Below, piece by piece: positions 1 to 9,800 of a DNA stretch of 64,000 nucleotides. Origin of the DNA: a virus. Taxonomy: Duplodnaviria; Heunggongvirae; Uroviricota; Caudoviricetes. The notes under the pieces are model-generated. The model ran no database searches. It saw only the letters and a list, made by a program, of their open reading frames with translations, and had not been told where the DNA came from. Numbering within the stretch: position 1 is the first letter of the stretch; every line of letters begins with the position of its first letter. The DNA is taken from the IMG/VR virus record IMGVR_UViG_3300021310_000004. One strand, 5' to 3'. The position numbers and the translations under genes are program-made.

Positions 1-143
1 TAGATTACTATAATAATAAAAGAATTCAGGCAAAAACAAAATGGATGCCACCTGTACAATACAGGATAGCATCCATGTGTTCAACCTAGTTCATAAATAT
101 GTGTCCAGGATTCTGGGTACATATCATATGGAGCGTCTTTCTT

Positions 144-737
144 TTAGAGTTTAACCTCAAACGTTACGCCATATGCGTCACGCTTCTTTGTTTTCTTGAA
201 TACGTCGCAGCTTTTATTGTATTTGCAGTTTATACAAGCATTACATTTTTCGTACTGCTTACGAATTTTGGTCAAATTGATGTAACCAATTGGCTTCTTT
301 GTTACCTGGATGTTCTTTACGTACTTACTCTTTTGGAGCTGACTGATAACGGTCTCATGTGTAGCACATATGTATTTCCCGTTACCAAGGCTAAGAATCT
401 CATTCTTTACGGTCATAAGTGGACATAAGGTCAAATCTTCACTCACCTTCATAGATACCACTTTACGGCCCGTAAGTGTTTTGCGAGCGACAAATGAATC
501 GCTTGTGCGATATTTATTACACTCTTTGTACCGCTTACGAACAACGACCGCAATTGGAATCATACAAGCCATCATAAGTAATGGAACGACAGTCCCAAGA
601 ATAATAATAGCTGCTCCTGTAACATAGTTGCTTAGAATCACAGATAAAATCTCGATTCCTAAAAGTGCAAAAACGATTGGAAACTCAATTCCGCCAGCAT
701 AATAAGAAAACTTAATGAAATGTAAATAATTCTTCAT
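144..737 (-). CDS. membrane protein (hypothetical), start refined to MKNYL
   Basis: ORF 144..755; AAAGGAG RBS 9 nt before ATG at 737; multiple hydrophobic helices. Confidence 0.5.
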   Translation of the reverse strand: MKNYLHFIKFSYYAGGIEFPIVFALLGIEILSVILSNYVTGAAIIILGTVVPLLMMACMIPIAVVVRKRYKECNKYRTSDSFVARKTLTGRKVVSMKVSEDLTLCPLMTVKNEILSLGNGKYICATHETVISQLQKSKYVKNIQVTKKPIGYINLTKIRKQYEKCNACINCKYNKSCDVFKKTKKRDAYGVTFEVKL

Positions 738-805
738 ATACATTTCTCCTTTCATTTTTATTGATATATTCAGTTTAAATATGGGTAATTTTATTCATTC
801 GACAA

Positions 806-836
806 AAAAAAAGAGCCGAAAATCGACTCTTTTCTT
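806..836. terminator. bidirectional rho-independent terminator hairpin (AGAGCCGAaaatCGACTCT) flanked by A/T runs
   Basis: hairpin plus T-run read from minus strand after gene 848..1681. Confidence 0.5.
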
Positions 837-847
837 GTGGTTTTGTG

Positions 848-1681
848 TTATTCTGCAATTTCGTGTCTTGGAATCAGAATTACCTGGTTCATATTGATGA
901 TTGATTTTGGGTTTACGGCCTTTGTTTCTGCATGCATCTGCTCGTTCATTGCAATAGCATAGACTTCGAATAGTTTCATGCATAGACGCAAAGCATTTAG
1001 GAACAACGACTTTTCTTTCATATAGCCCGTCCAATCAAACTCACTTCCGGATAGTTTGGTTACAGCTTGGTAACTCTTCCAAATCTTATCAATGCTACAT
1101 TTTACCTTGCCGCCAAACATGGATTCGTATTTGTAATACTTTCCATTTTCGTACCAGACCAGGTGCCAATGTGGAACCCCGCGAAGAACCGGCACAATCA
1201 TTAAGTATGATTTATTAAGCCAACCTTTCAACTCTTCCTTGCTCTTTATCTTATTCAGTTCTATTCCGGCGTGCTCTGGCAAGAACTCATCGCATAGAAT
1301 CTGGTACAAGAGCGTCGAATCAAAGATTTCACCTACATAAGTCTTCCGGTCCACAGCATGAAGATGAGTGATATACGTCCATAACTTGGAGTGACTTCCA
1401 AACCGTGGCTTGCCAAGTAGCTTTGTTGCGCGTTCCATTGCATAGAATCCACAGGTTGACCCAATCTGAGCCATATTTTTGTGTTGAATGTAGGCTACAA
1501 TGAGGAATCCGGCAATAATTACTACGTGCCAGATCATAACAGGCTTAATCATTTCCCATGGAATCCGGTTTTCGTACCAAAGCGTGAGACCTATATAAAG
1601 TATTAATAGAACGTAAATCGTAATTAATACTGGTACAAGTGCAGCATTGAGTATTCTTGATATAGTTGATTTTTGCTTCAT
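848..1681 (-). CDS. membrane-anchored protein, possible C39-like cysteine peptidase domain (GSTCGFYAM)
   Basis: ORF; GAAAGGAG RBS before MKQKST; N-terminal TM helices; weak Cys-peptidase motif. Confidence 0.4.
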   Translation of the reverse strand: MKQKSTISRILNAALVPVLITIYVLLILYIGLTLWYENRIPWEMIKPVMIWHVVIIAGFLIVAYIQHKNMAQIGSTCGFYAMERATKLLGKPRFGSHSKLWTYITHLHAVDRKTYVGEIFDSTLLYQILCDEFLPEHAGIELNKIKSKEELKGWLNKSYLMIVPVLRGVPHWHLVWYENGKYYKYESMFGGKVKCSIDKIWKSYQAVTKLSGSEFDWTGYMKEKSLFLNALRLCMKLFEVYAIAMNEQMHAETKAVNPKSIINMNQVILIPRHEIAE

Positions 1682-1746
1682 ATCTATTCTCCTTTCGTGA
1701 TAAAGCAATTATTTTATGTACTTAAATATGGTCCAGACCAAAACGC

Positions 1747-1779
1747 ATAAAAAAAGAGCAGCCTCTTAGACTGCTCAAT
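1747..1779 (-). terminator. rho-independent terminator (GAGCAG..CTGCTC + T7)
   Basis: hairpin followed by T-run on minus strand after 1792..2313. Confidence 0.5.
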
Positions 1780-1791
1780 AGTAACATACGA

Positions 1792-2313
1792 TTATTCGAT
1801 TAATACCTTCGAATTTGAATCGATCAACACATTTTTTACACTAAGCGTTGGTTGCTGATACTTAAGTTGCTCATTAGCGCTCATTTTCCGGTACTTAGCC
1901 CCGTAGATAAAGTACTTCGGATAAACATACTGACCCATTTCATCTTTTTCATTTCCTGGGATATAGATTCTTGGGATACGATTCTGGATGCTAGGTTGAT
2001 CTGCAGGGACATATCCATGCTTCATCATCACGTGTCTGATCATCCATCCGACATTTCTTCTGTACTTCGCATTAGCTCCTTCCCCGTTTGTATTTAATGG
2101 GAACTTTGCGGTATCGTACTCATCTTCTAACACCTTAACAATTGGTGTCAGTACGGGAATTCCCATGTCTGCAGCTACGGTCATTTTCACGACAGTCTCC
2201 GGATCCATTAAGAACCGTAAGATCTTTTCTGCGGCATCGTATGATTCTGTCTCATCTTTGTCTCTAATTTTAGACTTCTCAAAGAACTCTCTTATCATTC
2301 CGTCCATATCCAT
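1792..2313 (-). CDS. hypothetical protein
   Basis: ORF with AGGAGGG RBS. Confidence 0.5.
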   Translation of the reverse strand: MDMDGMIREFFEKSKIRDKDETESYDAAEKILRFLMDPETVVKMTVAADMGIPVLTPIVKVLEDEYDTAKFPLNTNGEGANAKYRRNVGWMIRHVMMKHGYVPADQPSIQNRIPRIYIPGNEKDEMGQYVYPKYFIYGAKYRKMSANEQLKYQQPTLSVKNVLIDSNSKVLIE

Positions 2314-2825
2314 ATGACTTTCCCTCCTTTATTGAACCAGCGAATTAACTAGTTCTTTATTATGCCTATACTATAACACCAGCAAATTTACTTGTCAATA
2401 GCCACTAGCAAATTCACTGGTATTTTTTTTCACCACAGCATTACTAGTGTATAGTATTTATTTATTGAAGTATAAGACATCATAAACCATAACATTGCCC
2501 TTCCCGCCTTCTTCGCCTCAAGTCCTTCCATTTGCCAACCCGCTACACGCCCTATTGGCGCCGTAATAAGGCACAAATATATCCGCCCCTAATTAATACG
2601 CACATCAATTAGAGCCTTAAATACGAGCCAAATACGCGTCTTAATACAGGAATCGCAATATAGGTCCCAATAGCACCTGCTGCCATACCGGCACTAAAAT
2701 TGTTACCATACTCTCTCGTACGAGCTATGGAATCATAATATTGGTTCTTTCATCCGGTTCTACTCAACGTACGTAATTCGTTACGAAGGATCCGGACGTT
2801 TATCACGGTCGAACATATTCGGACC

Positions 2826-3190
2826 GATCTATTGGGACTTATATTGCGATCCAAATGTATTGGGACCAATATTGCGACCCGGCACCGGTTTCTTGTCGTC
2901 TGGATATCGGTTCGAATATATCCAGTCATATAATATGGTACGAATTTTTGGCGACTAATAGGTCGTGCCGGGATTAATGTGCCTTTATATTGGTACGAAC
3001 AAGATGCAACAGGTGTTTTGGAACGAATACATGGATCCACTATTGGGACTTATATTGCGATGCCGGCAGCAGGTTCGTTTATTTAGTTCTACAATACGGT
3101 TCCCTGTATCCCGATTCCGACATATTCGTGCCAATTATGGGCGCGTATTGCGGCTCCTATCCGTTTGGGGCCAATATTTTCGTGCCGATA
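2826..3190. repeat. iteron-like direct/inverted repeats (TATTGGGAC(TT/CA)ATATTGCGA x3 plus degenerate copies; CTGGATAT..ATATCCAG inverted repeat) in a GC-richer noncoding region
   Basis: repeats read directly at 2828, 2856, 3040, 3134, 3165; region 2440-3300 lacks credible ORFs and differs in composition. Confidence 0.55.
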
Positions 3191-3360
3191 GGACGCGCCG
3201 GGCGGAATCTCGAAGGAGAGAAAAGAGAGGCAGGGTAATATCTATACTGTTATGTACTATGATAAATAAATAATATTAGCAACTGTTTGCATTTATTGCC
3301 GAACTAGTGTACGATTAGGCCATGATATAAATGCTTATTGCAGCAGGTTTGGAGGACGTT

Positions 3361-3594
3361 ATGACACTTTTGCGAGAAGAACGGGTAAAAGAACTGAGAA
3401 AAGCTTATCCTGCCGGCGCGGAAGTTCGTCTTAAAAAGATGAACGATACGCAGGCGCCGCCAATTGGTACCATTGGTACTGTATACCATGTTGATGATGC
3501 CGGTACCGTTCATATCCACTGGGACAATGGCAGCTCCCTTGGCGTTGTCCCTGGCATTGATGAGATTGAACTCGTCCCAAAAGAAATGGGGTGA
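3361..3594 (+). CDS. DUF4314 domain protein
   Basis: GGAGGA RBS; conserved DUF4314-like motif ...DTQAPPIGTIGTV..VDDAGT..WDNGSSL. Confidence 0.6.
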   Translation: MTLLREERVKELRKAYPAGAEVRLKKMNDTQAPPIGTIGTVYHVDDAGTVHIHWDNGSSLGVVPGIDEIELVPKEMG

Positions 3595-3598
3595 TAAT

Positions 3599-4537
3599 AT
3601 GCTATCAAATCGTATTCGTATTGATATCCCGGACCTACCAGAATATGCATATGCATACTTTGATCAGCTCGAATTAAGTGATAAGACCGTTCACGCGTAT
3701 GCCGGTGATATTCGTATGTTTTTTGAGTTCCTACTGGTACATAAAAAACTAGACTCCTATCTCGAGGTAACACCAGCTGTTCTAAATACCTTGCGGCCAT
3801 ATGATGTGCTCCAGTATTTAAAGTTCTTACGAGACGGAACCTTAAAAGACGGTCGCATTATAAATGAATCCGACAGTTGTCGCGCCAGACGGCTCTCTGC
3901 TCTTCGAAACTTTATGCAGCATCTTATGCTGGAAGGTATTATGGACCAGAACGTGGCACGTCTTGTGGATCCACCAAAGAACGTTCACAGGAAGAAGAAA
4001 ATCGTATCCGACGATAAGATCCAGGCGATGCTTGATAATATTGATTCCGGAGTTGGTACCGAGCGGCAACAGGCCCTGCGGGAACGGTCGAAGCTTCGGG
4101 ACCGGGCAATTGTGCTCACCTTTGTTATGACGGGCATTACTATGTCAGAGCTTGTAAATCTTGATGTTCAAGATATTGATTATAAAAATAAGACCATCCA
4201 AGTCGTACGAAAAAACGGAACTATTGATGTACTACCAGTTCCGGATGATGTTATTCATGCGATTGATGATTACGTGAAAAACGAGCGATTCTGGGAGGAC
4301 GGCAACTTCGCACTATTTATCGCGAGCCGATTGAAAAACCATCATAGATTGTCCGTCAATGGGGTCAATGATGTATTAAAGCGATTTAGTACGGATGATG
4401 GGACCGGCAAGCATTTAACAGCCGCCGATTTGCGACGAACATATGGTGCCAATTTGCTTACTAAGACAAACGATCCTTGGGAAGTCGCAAAGAAGTTGGG
4501 CCATAAAGATGTAAAAACGGTAGAAAACTATTATTAG
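3599..4537 (+). CDS. tyrosine site-specific recombinase (XerD/integrase family)
   Basis: C-terminal catalytic region ...LRRTYGANLL...LGHKDVKTVENYY (R..H..R..Y signature); N-terminal SAM-like core-binding domain. Confidence 0.8.
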   Translation: MLSNRIRIDIPDLPEYAYAYFDQLELSDKTVHAYAGDIRMFFEFLLVHKKLDSYLEVTPAVLNTLRPYDVLQYLKFLRDGTLKDGRIINESDSCRARRLSALRNFMQHLMLEGIMDQNVARLVDPPKNVHRKKKIVSDDKIQAMLDNIDSGVGTERQQALRERSKLRDRAIVLTFVMTGITMSELVNLDVQDIDYKNKTIQVVRKNGTIDVLPVPDDVIHAIDDYVKNERFWEDGNFALFIASRLKNHHRLSVNGVNDVLKRFSTDDGTGKHLTAADLRRTYGANLLTKTNDPWEVAKKLGHKDVKTVENYY

Positions 4538-4550
4538 AGGAGAATTTAAA

Positions 4551-4985
4551 ATGGCCGTTATTATAAATGAAGAATCTTTTTCGTATGATTATGATGAGTT
4601 ATTAGAAATAGCTCATGATGCAAAACGTGATGGATTTGATTCTGTTTGGTGCTCAAGGAATATATTCCATCCAATTCCTAGTTCAATCCAGGGATTGTAT
4701 TACTTTGCATTTGATAATGTAATAACGGAAGATCCTGTGGCCATGTTCGAACGTTTCGAAAAGGGTTTACAAGCTCTTATGCATCCTGATGAATGGTGCG
4801 ATGGGGCCATGCTTATTGATATGGATGATATATTTTGTATATCGGAACATACCAGAAACCTATATTTAGATGATTCAAAAGAAAAAGAATATGAACAAGA
4901 GAAAACTGATTGCATTAATTTGTATAAAAAATACAATATTGATGACGTAATCGCTGAAATGGAAATGTGGAATTCCGTTCTTTAG
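4551..4985 (+). CDS. hypothetical acidic protein
   Basis: ORF with AGAGGAG RBS, co-oriented with integrase. Confidence 0.45.
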   Translation: MAVIINEESFSYDYDELLEIAHDAKRDGFDSVWCSRNIFHPIPSSIQGLYYFAFDNVITEDPVAMFERFEKGLQALMHPDEWCDGAMLIDMDDIFCISEHTRNLYLDDSKEKEYEQEKTDCINLYKKYNIDDVIAEMEMWNSVL

Positions 4986-5002
4986 TGGCACAAAAATAAG
5001 AG

Positions 5003-5030
5003 CTCCTATTGGGGCTCTTATTCTTTATGT
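5003..5030. terminator. bidirectional terminator hairpin (AAGAGCTCCtattGGGGCTCTT)
   Basis: palindrome between convergent genes. Confidence 0.5.
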
Positions 5031-5031
5031 A

Positions 5032-6231
5032 CTATCGAACTTCGATCTCTACGCCGAGATAATCTCTGAGGTTCTCTACAAGTTCTGTTACTTCGTCCTT
5101 ATCATCCATGTCGACAATGGCGCTTGTTTCTCTGTACACCATTTCGTGACAATCACTTTCGCTTGGTTCACCCTTAAACTCTGTATAATCTACGTATCCA
5201 AGCTGTCTAAACACATGCACATATACGTAGTTCTTATCATACTCGTCTGTTGGGTTCGTGTATACGGTAACGAATGTGTTTCCATCTGCGCTCTCATATA
5301 CCTTATAGCTTCCATTCTTGCTACTATTTGCAGCGTGCTTATTTGCGCACTCTCTTAGCGTCTCATGATATGTAGTATTAAGATCGTCGTCATCAATCAC
5401 GCCAACGGATTTGCTGCTGCCATAATAAAGCGTATTATACGTACCACTCACACCGTCCAGCAATGTAAGCTTGTGCTCATCGGCATTTACGTAAACCTCT
5501 TCATCGATATTAACGGTGCCGAATCCAGGATCTTCATATTCTGGTGCAGTGTTTGCAACACTGGTAACAATGATTGGAAGTGCGTCTTCATTTTCTGTGG
5601 TAACCGCATCTTCGCCTGTAAACAAGAACTGGCCTACGTACTCAGCAACATCATCTGCGTTCCACTTCGATAATTCTTTCCATGTATGAGCGCCTTTTCC
5701 ATCTTCGCTTGGCCATTCGCACACGCTAATAGTCAGAACGCCCTTGTAGTTATCCGGTAACGGCTGAACAATATCGATAAAGGAATGCTCATCTCCGCCA
5801 TTGGAAGGATACACAATTACAGAAGCGTCTCCTGTTGGTGTTGATATGGTAAATAAATTATGTTCTGGGTTCTCCCAATCGCTGATTTCGTCTACGATTT
5901 CCGCAGCCTCTTCTGATACGTTATTGTATGGCGTATAACGATAGCCTACAGACACTTCTCCGCCGGAACTATCACGTTTTACGGCCGTTGTATCGTACTC
6001 AATTTCCCATTCATCCGAGAAGTGACAAATGGTTGTCTCAACTTCGTCCCCGTTTGTCAGCTTTAAAGCGGTAACGATAGCATTGCTCGTATCTACGCTC
6101 TCGGCGGATGTGGATGCTCCACTGGTCATATTGTCCTGTCCGTTGTTCGAATCAACTGTTGTCGCGGAAGAACATCCGCAAAGCATCGTACTAGCCATTA
6201 ATAAACCAATCATTATTCTTTTCTTATTCAC
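5032..6231 (-). CDS. lipoprotein (hypothetical), probable GTG start
   Basis: AGGAGGG RBS then GTG; signal peptide MNKKRIMIGLLMASTMLCGC with lipobox-like L-C-G-C. Confidence 0.5.
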   Translation of the reverse strand: MNKKRIMIGLLMASTMLCGCSSATTVDSNNGQDNMTSGASTSAESVDTSNAIVTALKLTNGDEVETTICHFSDEWEIEYDTTAVKRDSSGGEVSVGYRYTPYNNVSEEAAEIVDEISDWENPEHNLFTISTPTGDASVIVYPSNGGDEHSFIDIVQPLPDNYKGVLTISVCEWPSEDGKGAHTWKELSKWNADDVAEYVGQFLFTGEDAVTTENEDALPIIVTSVANTAPEYEDPGFGTVNIDEEVYVNADEHKLTLLDGVSGTYNTLYYGSSKSVGVIDDDDLNTTYHETLRECANKHAANSSKNGSYKVYESADGNTFVTVYTNPTDEYDKNYVYVHVFRQLGYVDYTEFKGEPSESDCHEMVYRETSAIVDMDDKDEVTELVENLRDYLGVEIEVR

Positions 6232-6396
6232 AATAAATACCCTCCTAAAAGTTTTTGTTACTTTAAATATGCACACAAAAAACGGGAACCAAACCTGGAA
6301 CCCGTTTTATCATTCGATTTTATACTCCTACCACTAAAGTAGTGGGATTCTTGTTCTAAATCGCTCGCACTTCTCTTATTACACTTCTACTTACGA

Positions 6397-6660
6397 TTAA
6401 GCCGGCTGAATTGTGGTTTCCTTTGAACGTTCAAACACAAATACTTCCGTTACTGGAGCCTGTAATGGGAACAAGTCCAAAAGCTGCGAAATTGTTGTAA
6501 CCTCTGCAGGTGCCGGCCTTCCATTAACCGCCACATTCTTGATATTCTTTGTCGGAAAATCACCGTTTCTATACATTGTCGCAAGTTGTTTTACAGAATC
6601 TGATTCGAAAACATCTTCATATCCGTCCTTTTTCCGATACGAGAAAAAGATCTTTTTCAT
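6397..6660 (-). CDS. hypothetical protein
   Basis: ORF. Confidence 0.4.
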   Translation of the reverse strand: MKKIFFSYRKKDGYEDVFESDSVKQLATMYRNGDFPTKNIKNVAVNGRPAPAEVTTISQLLDLFPLQAPVTEVFVFERSKETTIQPA

Positions 6661-6681
6661 AATTCAAAACCTCTCTTTACT

Positions 6682-7122
6682 TTAATAAGGGCAGTCGACC
6701 GAAACTTGGAACCTACTCTCTAAATCTCGATTAAAGCAACAAAGAATTGCTCGAACCAAAGGTAAATCAAGTATGATATCCGGGATGTAATCAACACCTC
6801 GGTCTCCGATCGATGCCAATGCAATCATGCGTTTAAAAATCTCCAGATGGCCAAAATCATCAATATAGTCGTTTATGATTGGATCATATGCCGTTTCGAA
6901 TTTTCGTTCCGCACGAATCAATCGATGATATAGAGAATCCCACCATTCTATTGGGACATATGCCAGACGATTCATAATCACCGTTTCAACATCATATGTA
7001 GATACAAATCCATCTGCACTACAAATACGCCCCGGACGAGATAACAATGCTTCGTTCGGTAAAACTTTGCTTCTGTATTTGTTGCGTAATTGCAGTTCCT
7101 TAAAGAATTTCTCATCTGGCAT
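6682..7122 (-). CDS. hypothetical protein
   Basis: ORF. Confidence 0.45.
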   Translation of the reverse strand: MPDEKFFKELQLRNKYRSKVLPNEALLSRPGRICSADGFVSTYDVETVIMNRLAYVPIEWWDSLYHRLIRAERKFETAYDPIINDYIDDFGHLEIFKRMIALASIGDRGVDYIPDIILDLPLVRAILCCFNRDLESRFQVSVDCPY

Positions 7123-7127
7123 ATTAT

Positions 7128-7535
7128 TTACTCTCCAAAATCCGTTCCGGCGATTTCCTTCGCCCTGATTTTATACGCTTCAATTGCCTCGTAATCCGTG
7201 TATTCTTCGCCACAAAAACAATGTTCCAATGGGAACCTTATGAGGTCTTCTAATGTCTTGATCTCGTCGCAATATTTCTTCGTTTGAGCTTCGCACTCTA
7301 GCTCATATGTCTTAATTGCCTCGTCTTTTGTTCTAAAAATACAATCTTCCGTGACATAAGCTGTTCCATGATTATCAATTGAATGAACAACGTACACTGG
7401 CTCCTTGTTCTGAGGATCATCTGGTGGGACGTAGTAATCGACAATCTTTGCCTTTTCTACCGGAATCCAAGTCGTTCTAATATAAACAACGTCACCAATT
7501 TTGTACTTTCTATTCGTTACCGCTTTATCGCTCAT
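7128..7535 (-). CDS. hypothetical protein
   Basis: ORF, translationally coupled to downstream gene. Confidence 0.45.
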   Translation of the reverse strand: MSDKAVTNRKYKIGDVVYIRTTWIPVEKAKIVDYYVPPDDPQNKEPVYVVHSIDNHGTAYVTEDCIFRTKDEAIKTYELECEAQTKKYCDEIKTLEDLIRFPLEHCFCGEEYTDYEAIEAYKIRAKEIAGTDFGE

Positions 7536-8407
7536 TACTGTGCTCCGTATAGGATTCTTGCTAACTCGGAATTCTTATCCAGGATCAATGTCTTATTGTC
7601 GCCGGCCATAGCCTTCATAGCGTCCAAGCTTCTTTGATAATTGTAAAAGTCCGCTTTGGATTCATCGTTATAAGCATCAGACAAGATTCGCATATACTCT
7701 GCTTCACCCTCTGCAACTAACTTCGCCGCATCACTCTTTGCAGCTGCCTTTGTAATAGAAACCTGCTTATCCGTTTCGTTGCGGATCTTCTTTGCTTCTG
7801 CCTCACCCTTTGCGGCGTAGCTTGCGGCAATATTATTTCGTTCTGAAATCATACGCTCGTATACAGCAGCCTTATTATCGTCCGGCAGATCTAACGCCTT
7901 GATTTCAGCAGACTTAATCTCAATACCATACTGATCAATATCAGAATTTGCCTCGTCTGTGATCATCTTTGTAAGAGTATCGCCTCTTGCTGCAATGATT
8001 TCATCCTGTGTCATTGAAGAAATCGTATTTTTGGTTGCGTTATAGACGTTCGCCTCAATACGCTCTTCTGCTCTTGCTTTTACACCAACAAGTGTACGAT
8101 AATAAGCCACCGGATCCTTAACAGTCCAAATGACAACGTCATCCGCAATCATAGACTTCTTATCGGATGTGATTACGTCACTGGTCGGAATATCGTACAA
8201 ATTGTCACCGGTATAAATCTTAGCTACGCTCTCAATAAATGGCGTCTTAAAATGCATGCCGGTATCTTCTACCGTGTATTTTGCCTTTCCAAGATGAAGA
8301 ACAATAGCAGTTTCATTTGGCTTTACTGTGTAGGCGGATGCTGTAAACAAGATGAGTCCAGCAAAAAACGCTACACCAAAAAGAATCAAGGATAATACCT
8401 TTTTCAT
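7535..8407 (-). CDS. SPFH/band-7 domain membrane protein, HflC-like
   Basis: N-terminal TM helix; band-7 core (ETAIVLHLGKA... PVAYY); C-terminal coiled coil. Confidence 0.6.
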   Translation of the reverse strand: MKKVLSLILFGVAFFAGLILFTASAYTVKPNETAIVLHLGKAKYTVEDTGMHFKTPFIESVAKIYTGDNLYDIPTSDVITSDKKSMIADDVVIWTVKDPVAYYRTLVGVKARAEERIEANVYNATKNTISSMTQDEIIAARGDTLTKMITDEANSDIDQYGIEIKSAEIKALDLPDDNKAAVYERMISERNNIAASYAAKGEAEAKKIRNETDKQVSITKAAAKSDAAKLVAEGEAEYMRILSDAYNDESKADFYNYQRSLDAMKAMAGDNKTLILDKNSELARILYGAQ

Positions 8408-8419
8408 AACTTCCTCCTT

Positions 8420-9343
8420 TTACTGTGCAAATGTATCAAGTGGTAACATCGTCTGAGTTGACCCGTCAGTAACAATTACCTTTAGGCCTGGCAAAATGCT
8501 TTCCATTGTCTCGTAAAACATTCTCTTCTTCGTAATGGCCGGATACTTCTGGTACTCTTCATAGGTTTGATTAAAACGAGCAACCTGACCTTCGGCCTCA
8601 GCAATACGCGCCTGCTTCTTACCCTCTGCCTTCTGTCTAATTTCGTCAGCTTTTGCTTCAGCTGCAGGAATCTGTTCATTCTGGTACTGTAATGCATTGT
8701 TCTTTGCAGTATCGGCGCCCTGCTTTGCAGTTTCGACCGCTTTAAATGCAGCCTTGATTTCGTCTGTAGGTGGCTCAGAGTCCTGAATCGTAATATTCAC
8801 TACTGAAAGACCAATGTCTCGCTGCTTTAAGGACTTGTTAATTGCCTCCTTAATATCCGCCTGAATCTTGTTCTTACCGGTGGTCATCGCTTCATCCACA
8901 GTATAGTTGGATACAACCGTACGAATATCCGCCAACGCGGTGTTTACCATGATTTCTTCCGGTTCCTTCGAGTTATAAAGGTACGCAACTGGATCCGTAA
9001 TGCGATACTCCAGGTAAAAATCGATATTGAGCAAGTTAAAATCGCTCGTAATCATAATGCCGTTATCGGCATCTTCTACATTTTGGCCATCGTCAGATAT
9101 TTCGTATCCAAGTCCGGTACCATGTGTAGTAATATCAACCTTCTTCACCTTTTGCCATGGAGCTTTCACATGAAGACCGGCAGTATCTACTCGAAGGACT
9201 TCACCAAACTGCGATACGACAGCATTCTGTGTCTCTTTTACTCCATAAAAAGTGCGGAAAAGACAGATAATGGCGAATAACCCTAATAAGCCAAAGATAA
9301 TCATCTTTCCAATTGTGCTTGGTTCAATTTCATAATCATTCAT
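8420..9343 (-). CDS. SPFH/band-7 domain membrane protein, HflK-like
   Basis: TM helix then band-7 domain (VVSQFGEV..., LEYRITDPVAYLY), coiled-coil tail; paired with HflC-like gene. Confidence 0.6.
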   Translation of the reverse strand: MNDYEIEPSTIGKMIIFGLLGLFAIICLFRTFYGVKETQNAVVSQFGEVLRVDTAGLHVKAPWQKVKKVDITTHGTGLGYEISDDGQNVEDADNGIMITSDFNLLNIDFYLEYRITDPVAYLYNSKEPEEIMVNTALADIRTVVSNYTVDEAMTTGKNKIQADIKEAINKSLKQRDIGLSVVNITIQDSEPPTDEIKAAFKAVETAKQGADTAKNNALQYQNEQIPAAEAKADEIRQKAEGKKQARIAEAEGQVARFNQTYEEYQKYPAITKKRMFYETMESILPGLKVIVTDGSTQTMLPLDTFAQ

Positions 9344-9347
9344 ACAT

Positions 9348-9764
9348 TTAATTCCTTTCTTTTGCTCTTTCTGCAGCTATTCTTCTACATTCCGAAGAAC
9401 AGTACTTTCTATTGTTATAATAATCTGGGAATTTATTCCCACAGATAACACATGTCGTCATTCGCCCGACGGCTCTTGCGTGACGCTCGTTCCCAATTTT
9501 TTGACATTCCGGGGAACAATACTGAGAGTGTAAATGCTGATAATCGAATCTTCGTTCTTTTGTTGATTTTCCACAGACGCAGCAAATTGCTAAATCATCA
9601 AGAAAACATTCTTTCGAACAGTATCGATTACCATCAACTCCGAAACGCCAGTTGTAGAACTTCCATGGCGTTACCATTTTCTCTTTTCCGCACCTAACAC
9701 ATACGATTTTCTTTGTACGCTTATCTCGAAATGCCTGATCAGGTACTACTTTTGGTTCTTGCAT
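9348..9764 (-). CDS. multi-zinc-ribbon protein (four CxxC...CSxEC units)
   Basis: repeated CVRCGK/CSKEC, CCVCGK/CSPEC, CVICGN/CSSEC motifs. Confidence 0.45.
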   Translation of the reverse strand: MQEPKVVPDQAFRDKRTKKIVCVRCGKEKMVTPWKFYNWRFGVDGNRYCSKECFLDDLAICCVCGKSTKERRFDYQHLHSQYCSPECQKIGNERHARAVGRMTTCVICGNKFPDYYNNRKYCSSECRRIAAERAKERN

Positions 9765-9800
9765 TTATCCAAAACCCTTTCTTCTGTTATCCCGGTTGTT

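Noticed and set aside
99-428. Plus-strand ORFs antisense to minus-strand genes (e.g. 99..428, 370..627, 1852..2097, 20818..21483, 54328..54924, 62928..63353)
   Set aside because: They are shadow ORFs inside longer, motif-supported genes on the other strand. They have no RBS or promoter motif.
2750-3273. ORFs 2750..3040(-), 2965..3273(+), 2990..3238(+)
   Set aside because: They lie wholly within the repeat-rich GC-shifted noncoding region. They are mutually overlapping and have no RBS. The region is better explained as att/ori DNA.
3599-4537. Alternative genetic code (TAG or TGA recoding, as in some megaphages)
   Set aside because: The integrase and other genes terminate cleanly at TAG/TAA/TGA where their family-typical C-termini end. 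No in-frame stops interrupt conserved domains.
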